From a virus (taxonomy: Duplodnaviria; Heunggongvirae; Uroviricota; Caudoviricetes), in IMG/VR virus record IMGVR_UViG_3300020577_007233, positions 125,593-189,592 of that record: DNA of 64,000 bases. One strand, 5' to 3'. The translations under genes were made by a program, and so were the position numbers. Under the pieces are notes generated by a model. The model was not told the origin of the DNA. It was given only the letters and a program-made list of their open reading frames with translations, and ran no database searches. Positions 53,972 to 61,121 of the stretch are shown here, piece after piece (position 1 is the first letter of the stretch; the number at the start of each line of letters is the position of its first letter).

Positions 53972-56900
53972 TTACGAACTCCAAGTTATGCTTATGTTTC
54001 TTTCGTTATAGTTTGCTGCTGCTGCTATGTTTGTTGGAGGATTCAGTGTTGGATCGTCGGCTACAAAGGTAACAGCAATAACACTTGACTTTGCAGATTC
54101 ATTACCAAATACATCAACCGCTGACACCTGGTAGTAGTAAGTCTTTCCAATCCTAACAGCAGTATCATAGAAGAATGCGTCCTTGGAGTATTTCTTCCTT
54201 TGGAAGTTTGCTGGATTTGGATCAACAACTTGGTTTGTTATCTTTGACTTGTAAACGATATAGTGACTAAAATCTGGCTCCTGGTTTGGACTCCACGTAA
54301 GCTTGATGTACATTCTTGTTGCAGTAGTATATGTTGTACTTCTAACGTTACTGTAAAATCCGTAGTTCAGATTGGTCGGTGTTGCGGGGGCCTCGGTTGG
54401 AGTATAATCATTTGGAACTTCAACGTAATCGAATCTCCTATCGACAGCTTCATAGTCACTAGAAGACGCATTAAGTCCCACATACTGCGATGGACTGTAA
54501 ACTCCCGAAACATAGCCATATTCAGCAAATAGCTTAAGTCGATACGCTTCTTCTTCGCTTGTTGGGTACTCGTCTGTTCTTGTTGGGCCATAGTCAACAA
54601 GCCAATGCTCGTTTCCAGGAACTAGGTAATTTGCAAGATCGTGCGGAGAATACGCTCCTTGATCGCTAAACAAGAAAGAAGCCATCCTTGATAAGAAAAT
54701 ATCGGGCCTTGCTTTTTCTCCCATAAGGTGAGCGTTGGGATATCTTTCCATGTAAACATCTAACAAATCAAGAGAGTTCTTAACTTGCATCTCGTTTGTT
54801 GATGCTCCAAAGAAATCAAGACCTACACCTCCGGCCCAGTAAACATCGAAAACAATATCCATTTCGTCGTAAAACTTCTGCATCAAGGCAGAGTCGGTAA
54901 AGTCTATAGTTCCATACGTTGACGTTGGACCATATGCAACAGAACTCGTAAGAGCCAAGTCTCCGTAACCTTGATAGAAAATGAACGTGGGGATTTCTTC
55001 TCCGAGTCTATTGAATTCGCTTATCGTGGCAAGCATGTTCGGATAACTTGTCCAAGGCGATTGGTTTCTATAGATAGGCGTAACTATTTGAGGGTAATAG
55101 TTCAGTCCGCCCGTATTCTGTCCAAGAGTGTCCCAAACCATGTACCTTTCATAGCCTTTGTTGAAAACATTGGTTATGACAGCGGCTCTGTATATCGCAT
55201 ATCCAGTGCTAGTTATTTGATAGGACGCATTCAACTGAAGAGGCGTTGATCCGTCAAAGTTTGAATTCAGATTTTCAAGGTAAACAGGTCTTGGGTCTTT
55301 AGAAAGCAATGTTGGGAAGTTGGCTTGTAGATAATCCCTGAGAGGCTTAGTTGTTAGAACCCACCTAGATGGATCTCTTGATATTCTAACGGAAACAGTA
55401 ACAGAAAATGACTCTCCTCTCTGTAAGCAGTGGTTGTTAAATGTATTGTTTATCCACTCAAGAGATGTCTTGCCTCTGCCAATTAGATACGAAGACGCAT
55501 CTGAACGCCCTGAAGTTTTCTCTTGAATGAATTTGTCGTTGTTAACAAAATCTGCGATGACGCACACTGTTATAGCGTGAGTATCGGTAAGGTATGTGGT
55601 AACGGGAGCAAATCTGTTAGTTGGATATGTTAGGGCGTTATTTGTTGTGGTATACGCCTTTGAGACATGCATCGCTGAACTGTCAATGAAAAAACTGTTC
55701 TGATTGTACATTAGGGAGTTATTTCTTCCCAAAAAGACATAATCAAGATCTATAGAGCCAAGCCTTTGAGCAGCAGATCCTACTGTTTGAGCTATTGGAC
55801 CATCGTTGGTGTAAACAATCGTAATATCAATACCATCAGTGGTATCAGCGGTTGTGATTGTTGTTTTTATGTAGTCACCAACATTGTTCAAAAGATTTAG
55901 ATAGCCAGAACCAACATCTATGGTTCTCGCTCCATAAGACTGTCCAATCAGCCTCTTGTTCGAAAAAAGATCCGAGTCGTCTTGATGCAGTATGTTTGGA
56001 TCATAAACTTCAAGATACAAATTGTGAGAATCATTCGGAGTTGCGTTTGCGTTTGTTGGTCTATTCCTGGCAATAGAAGTCGCAACAGCAATTACAGAGT
56101 CTTCGCTTGCTGAGTTTGGGAAAAGAGTCAAATGAGGAACGGCCCTAGTTGCGCCAACCGACCAGTCAGCAGAAGCTGTTCTTATTGCTTTGGCATAGTC
56201 TTGATTTACATAAGGAACGGTTGTCGCATATGCAATTAGGTTTGGGTACTTTTCCGAGTCATATGCAAACTTTCTTTCAACAAAAGTATCTCCGATTTCA
56301 ACATTGTAAAACTGATCATTAGCACCAACGGTCGTTAGTAACCAGCTCTCATTATCAATAGGCGACCCGTCAACGTGAGCAAAACGAACTCCAGAATCGA
56401 ATTCAGGAAACACGTTATTTGATGTGTTTGTAAAAATAAGCTCGTTGTCGTATTTGACAAACCTACACATTACACCTATTCTGTTTGAAACAAACAGATT
56501 GTTAACGAACTCGTAACCACTACAAGCAGAACCTTGCTCCGTAAAATCCCAAACTCCTATCAACGAAGAAACATTTGACCACAAAACCGTTGTATTGTTT
56601 GCCGCTTTTACGGCGTTTTTTACTCCAATCGTGGAGTTTGAGCAAAATACATTTCCCATCAAGTTGTTGTATCTAAGTTCTAATACGTTGTTAACTATTG
56701 TTAGTCCGTCAATGTCTCCGCTAAGAGTTATTATCCCATACTGAGAACTCATAACTGGTGAAGCCACAGAAACCTTCTGTCCTCCGCCCGCTCCTGTCAT
56801 GTAATTGCCATCAAGCCTAATGCTTGTTGATTTTTCAAAAATGTTGCATCCTTTGGAAAGAATACTTGAAATGACAAACACATTTGAGGATGCGTATGTT

Positions 56901-58267
56901 TTGATTGCTCCTCCATTATGAAGGGTTGATGTTGCGTAAAGAAATCCATAATTGCTTGAGTCGTTGTAGTTCGTAGAGCTACTAACTGCTGCGTCTAGGT
57001 AGCACCATTGTATAGTCGCCATATCAGCCCCATCAGACTCTCCTAGGTAAATCAAAGGAGAATTGGGATCGTATATTGTCGAAAGATCAAAGTTTCCAAT
57101 ATCAACGCCTGAAACAACAATGTTTGTTCCGCTAAGATTGAAAACCGAATATCTGCTAACGTAGCCAGTAGTTCCGCCTCCTCCGATAATCATTCTGTTT
57201 AGGTAGATACACTCAGATGCTAGAGAAATTGAGTAAATTCCATGATAACAACCTATGAAACCGCAATTGTGAAGAGCAATATTTGACGCATCTTCAATCT
57301 GTATTGCATAAACATTGCTTGAGGAGGTTGGAGTTGCAGAGCTTTCTGTTGTATTGTAATCTGTACGAACGCCTTGGAACGTTATGTGTTCAAAGTAAAT
57401 GTTCTTAGTACCTGAGTTTATGCTTATCATTGGGATAGGAGAGCCTGGGCTAGCAAGAGCGCCCGAAGTCGCCGGCATAATCTTGAAAACTCTTTGGTAG
57501 TTATTATCATTAACCGTAAAAACAAGATTGTTCACGGTAATGTTGAGCGTATTTGCTATCTTGGCTAGGTACTGTCCAGATGCGTTGTTCAAAACGATGC
57601 GAACTCTTCCGTTTACTCCTCCAAGAGAAGCCGTAGAACGGAAGTTGTTTACCCATGTCATTGCGTTCTCAAGAGAGCTAAAGTTCTTGGATGCACCTGT
57701 TGCTGGGTTGTCAGAAAAAGATGGGTTTACGCTAATAGTAACCCACGAATTGGCGCTGTTTACGGCGTGTCCAGAGTTATTGATTTCAGCCGTTGTCCAT
57801 GATGTATAAATCGTTGGCGCGGTTACTGCTATGGTCGTTGTCGTTGAAGAACTTTCAACGCCGTTATGTATAATCGTCAAAGTTATCGTAAATGGAGTTC
57901 CACCGTTATCGTGGTAGTAGGTATATGCAGCGTTCAGTCCTTGTTGTTCAGAATTTGAATCGCCGCTTCTGTGACAAAAGCCTGTGTTATCAACTCCGCA
58001 ATCAATAGTTGGTATAGGGAATCTCGTCTTGCTTTTGAAGTTGCCCTGAACAAGGGTTGTATTTGTTAGTGCTGTTCCTAGTGACTCGTACCTGTTGTTG
58101 TCTTGATTTCCGTTTACGCTTGGCGTTGGATCTCCAAAGTCCCAAACGAATACACAATCTTGACTAGATTCTCCGTCAAAGTTTGAAGCAGCAGCATTGA
58201 CATGAACCGTAAAAGGCGCAAATCCTGAGTTGTCCGAAGTGACTGTTATTACTGGTACGATTGCCAT
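53972..58267 (-). CDS. Large spike/depolymerase-like protein: PKD - right-handed beta-helix - beta-sandwich/GH-like module - FN3 - half FN3
   Basis: APFTVHV...FVWDFGD...YTY (PKD). IYFEHITFQG, NIALHNCGFIG (beta-helix). IKLTWSPNQEPDFSHYIVYKS...TYYYQVSAVDVFGNES (FN3). Start moved to ATG 58267. Confidence 0.7.
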   Translation of the reverse strand: MAIVPVITVTSDNSGFAPFTVHVNAAASNFDGESSQDCVFVWDFGDPTPSVNGNQDNNRYESLGTALTNTTLVQGNFKSKTRFPIPTIDCGVDNTGFCHRSGDSNSEQQGLNAAYTYYHDNGGTPFTITLTIIHNGVESSSTTTTIAVTAPTIYTSWTTAEINNSGHAVNSANSWVTISVNPSFSDNPATGASKNFSSLENAMTWVNNFRSTASLGGVNGRVRIVLNNASGQYLAKIANTLNITVNNLVFTVNDNNYQRVFKIMPATSGALASPGSPIPMISINSGTKNIYFEHITFQGVRTDYNTTESSATPTSSSNVYAIQIEDASNIALHNCGFIGCYHGIYSISLASECIYLNRMIIGGGGTTGYVSRYSVFNLSGTNIVVSGVDIGNFDLSTIYDPNSPLIYLGESDGADMATIQWCYLDAAVSSSTNYNDSSNYGFLYATSTLHNGGAIKTYASSNVFVISSILSKGCNIFEKSTSIRLDGNYMTGAGGGQKVSVASPVMSSQYGIITLSGDIDGLTIVNNVLELRYNNLMGNVFCSNSTIGVKNAVKAANNTTVLWSNVSSLIGVWDFTEQGSACSGYEFVNNLFVSNRIGVMCRFVKYDNELIFTNTSNNVFPEFDSGVRFAHVDGSPIDNESWLLTTVGANDQFYNVEIGDTFVERKFAYDSEKYPNLIAYATTVPYVNQDYAKAIRTASADWSVGATRAVPHLTLFPNSASEDSVIAVATSIARNRPTNANATPNDSHNLYLEVYDPNILHQDDSDLFSNKRLIGQSYGARTIDVGSGYLNLLNNVGDYIKTTITTADTTDGIDITIVYTNDGPIAQTVGSAAQRLGSIDLDYVFLGRNNSLMYNQNSFFIDSSAMHVSKAYTTTNNALTYPTNRFAPVTTYLTDTHAITVCVIADFVNNDKFIQEKTSGRSDASSYLIGRGKTSLEWINNTFNNHCLQRGESFSVTVSVRISRDPSRWVLTTKPLRDYLQANFPTLLSKDPRPVYLENLNSNFDGSTPLQLNASYQITSTGYAIYRAAVITNVFNKGYERYMVWDTLGQNTGGLNYYPQIVTPIYRNQSPWTSYPNMLATISEFNRLGEEIPTFIFYQGYGDLALTSSVAYGPTSTYGTIDFTDSALMQKFYDEMDIVFDVYWAGGVGLDFFGASTNEMQVKNSLDLLDVYMERYPNAHLMGEKARPDIFLSRMASFLFSDQGAYSPHDLANYLVPGNEHWLVDYGPTRTDEYPTSEEEAYRLKLFAEYGYVSGVYSPSQYVGLNASSSDYEAVDRRFDYVEVPNDYTPTEAPATPTNLNYGFYSNVRSTTYTTATRMYIKLTWSPNQEPDFSHYIVYKSKITNQVVDPNPANFQRKKYSKDAFFYDTAVRIGKTYYYQVSAVDVFGNESAKSSVIAVTFVADDPTLNPPTNIAAAANYNERNISITWSS

Positions 58268-58279
58268 AGGTTGTCTCAA

Positions 58280-60298
58280 TTAACGAAAAACGATTCTCCT
58301 AAAGTATCTCCAAGCAAATTCTTGAAGATCATCTTTTTGTCTTATCCTAAACCAATAGAACTCGCCTCTCTCAAGAAGTTCGGTGTTTAAGCTTGTGTAA
58401 CGAACCTTTCGTCCTTCATAGTTACTTGTTATACCATTTCCGTTGAAAGGCCTGAAATCCCCATTGTAATCCTCAAAGGACCAATTGGTGATATCACTAA
58501 ACGTATCCTTTGATAGTATCGGCCCTATCCCTTCAAAATCCTCATAGTTACGAGCAACTTGAAGTTCTATATGATAGAACCTAAAATCACCTGGGTTTTG
58601 CTCAAGGTAGTCCTCAAATATCCACGAACCCTCTGTTTCTATGTTTGAACTAACTATGGAAGAAACAAGAGTCTCATTCTGTAAAGTATCAAGAACGATA
58701 TCCGATACCTTTGTTGATGTTGCCGTTAGATACTGATTAAAGTTTGGGTATGCAAAGTCAAACCGAGTGGCATTTCTGTCAACAACAAAATCAATGAACT
58801 TTGTTGTCAAATTGACAAAATCATTCTTCCAGGATAGATCGTCAAACTCTGAGTACAACGCATCAAATGCGTAGTCAAGCTCTTCTTGAACAACTTCATC
58901 AGATCCGCTAACAATGGTATCTCTTAGATCTTTAATGATGTTTGACTTCCTAAATAGATAACAGACAGATTCGGCATAGCACGTTTCCATCATCTTCCAT
59001 GCTTTTACCGGATCTATCAACTGAGATTCTTCAAATGGAACAGGAAATGCAAAAACCGCAAGTAGGTCGCCAAAACAAGCCATACTCGAATTGAGTAAAG
59101 GTTGCGAGTACACAAAGGCCTCTCCGAGAGAGGCTCCTCTAAAAAGGGTATCCATAAAGGGAACAGGCCTTAGAAAAGAAGAAGTATCAACACCGGACAT
59201 GCTTCCGGCAGCAGCAACATACCCCTCCCTTATTGCCAAAATAGGCCATGAACGAGCGTCAAGGTCTCTTATTGTCAGTCCGCCATCAAAGTCTGCGTTA
59301 TAGAAGAAGGCTCTTGTATTTGCCGTTGTTCTGAAGTAGGAAAGAGAACCCCTATCGGCTCCCCAGCCCCAAAAGAACGAGTCGTCTTCTATCTGAGAGA
59401 AAAAAGCATCCCTTCCAGCCGGTGGACGAGAAGTGCCTTGAATAGTTAGCCCCAGTCTTGATGAGTAGTTATCTTTGAAGTCAATAAGCTCATCTGTGTA
59501 TTCTGAAGCTCCCGAATAGGTGTAGGAAGCGTATGGGTCAAAATAGAACTTACCCGTTGTCTCTAGTCTGCTTTTTGCGGCTTCAATATTGTCAAACCAG
59601 ACAGAAGTAACTATACTTGGACCATCAATCCTAGTACATATGAGAGACTGTATGGCGTCATAACCGTTGAACCTTTGAAAAACCTGTCTATTGTATATTG
59701 GGTTTTGAATGTTCTTCTCAAATGGATAGAAGATCCTAGCCAAACGAGAAGTTGTTGATATGACATCTGAACCGTCCCTAAAGCCGCCTGGAACGTAAGG
59801 CATAAGGACTATGCCATAAACGCTTCTGTTTCGAACAGGAGCGGATGTTATTTTTTGGCGCAGTGGATCTTCTACCTCTGCTTGAAAGGCTATGTAGTCG
59901 GTCAATACTTCAATGTTCGAACAAGGAATCGAAACTAATTGGTCATCATCAAGGTCATGCAGTTCTTGATACCGCAATGCGAGAGACAGGCTCTCGGAGT
60001 CGTCTTGACGGTAAACGCAGATAATGTTGTCCTTTGAAAGTATCGCTGTAGGATTTGCAATCGTCTGTTGATTGTCCCCCGTCGCTCCCTGGGTCGAAAA
60101 AAAAACACAGGTGTCTGAGCTTGGAGAAGACCTATTACCGAAAATGTCAACAGTTACTATTTGATAGCAATATGTGTGACCGATTTCGGCAGACGTATCG
60201 TTAAAATCATTTGTAGTAGAAGTACCAACCAGAACGAAAGCTTCGTTGTTGTCGCTTCTGTATATCTCGTAATATGCAAAATCTGAAGGCAAGGCCAT
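58280..60298 (-). CDS. TIGR03790-like protein with N-terminal FN3 strands C-G
   Basis: IICVY..DD.ES..LA..YQ, IVLM..VP, TRIDGP, FYFD, FWGWG, G..AAAG...V...FL.P..F...L..G.SLGEA......L.S.M..FGD. AGGAG RBS. Confidence 0.7.
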   Translation of the reverse strand: MALPSDFAYYEIYRSDNNEAFVLVGTSTTNDFNDTSAEIGHTYCYQIVTVDIFGNRSSPSSDTCVFFSTQGATGDNQQTIANPTAILSKDNIICVYRQDDSESLSLALRYQELHDLDDDQLVSIPCSNIEVLTDYIAFQAEVEDPLRQKITSAPVRNRSVYGIVLMPYVPGGFRDGSDVISTTSRLARIFYPFEKNIQNPIYNRQVFQRFNGYDAIQSLICTRIDGPSIVTSVWFDNIEAAKSRLETTGKFYFDPYASYTYSGASEYTDELIDFKDNYSSRLGLTIQGTSRPPAGRDAFFSQIEDDSFFWGWGADRGSLSYFRTTANTRAFFYNADFDGGLTIRDLDARSWPILAIREGYVAAAGSMSGVDTSSFLRPVPFMDTLFRGASLGEAFVYSQPLLNSSMACFGDLLAVFAFPVPFEESQLIDPVKAWKMMETCYAESVCYLFRKSNIIKDLRDTIVSGSDEVVQEELDYAFDALYSEFDDLSWKNDFVNLTTKFIDFVVDRNATRFDFAYPNFNQYLTATSTKVSDIVLDTLQNETLVSSIVSSNIETEGSWIFEDYLEQNPGDFRFYHIELQVARNYEDFEGIGPILSKDTFSDITNWSFEDYNGDFRPFNGNGITSNYEGRKVRYTSLNTELLERGEFYWFRIRQKDDLQEFAWRYFRRIVFR

Positions 60299-60311
60299 TA
60301 TATTCTCCTTG

Positions 60312-61121
60312 TTATACTACATAACCTGCTTCTTGCAAGTTTGAAAGGGCAATGTAAAGCTTATCGAAGAGTCTGTTTCTTTGCGTTCCTGACAATCCGG
60401 AAGTTTGACCCAAGAATACACCAACCTGCGGAACGTTGTACTTATTGTATACTCGGAACATATTCATGAAGTGTTCTTTGTCGTAAATAAGACTTGATCT
60501 AAATCCTGTTGGGAACTTAATGTTGTTTCTCTCAAAGATATTGTCATAGATTATAGGATAATCCAAGTAGGTCATCCAGAACGCTATTGGCTTATTCGGA
60601 TTTGCGGCTTGACATCCTTTGCAGAAATATTCCGTATTCGCAACATCTATGGCTCTAATAAGAGCATTTGGGTCTTTGATACTGTCTGCGCTTACTCCGT
60701 ATCTGTAAAGAGATTCTGCGTAGCTATTGTAGCCGTTTCCTACAGCAAATGAGTTGCCGTCAGTAGGATACCATCCATATTGAACCGGGATCTGAACATC
60801 AAGATGGAAGTTCGCATTCAAATCAACAGGCGATTCCTTGAAGCGATAGCCATGAACAAGATTCTGTCTGTTTGCGCAGAAAGTGTTATAGTTGCCAACA
60901 ACAACATTAGGCCAAACCGCTTTTGCGGGAATACCTACAGTGTCCCAAATTCCATAGTCAACAACCATAGAATTGATTGTTTGAGTCAAAAAGGCTCTCT
61001 TAACGCTTGTGCTATCGCTGCCGTAAATATGAGAATAAAGTTGGTTGGTAGGAATTGTAACCCCATCCAATGGTTGGCAGGAATTGCAACTCCATCCAGA
61101 TCGGTTAAGCCGGAGACCCAC
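60312..61121 (-). CDS. C-terminal continuation (+frameshift) of the 60986-64000 protein
   Basis: No RBS. Becomes protein-like exactly at the 29-nt duplication (PLDGVTIPTN). Confidence 0.65.
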   Translation of the reverse strand: MGLRLNRSGWSCNSCQPLDGVTIPTNQLYSHIYGSDSTSVKRAFLTQTINSMVVDYGIWDTVGIPAKAVWPNVVVGNYNTFCANRQNLVHGYRFKESPVDLNANFHLDVQIPVQYGWYPTDGNSFAVGNGYNSYAESLYRYGVSADSIKDPNALIRAIDVANTEYFCKGCQAANPNKPIAFWMTYLDYPIIYDNIFERNNIKFPTGFRSSLIYDKEHFMNMFRVYNKYNVPQVGVFLGQTSGLSGTQRNRLFDKLYIALSNLQEAGYVV

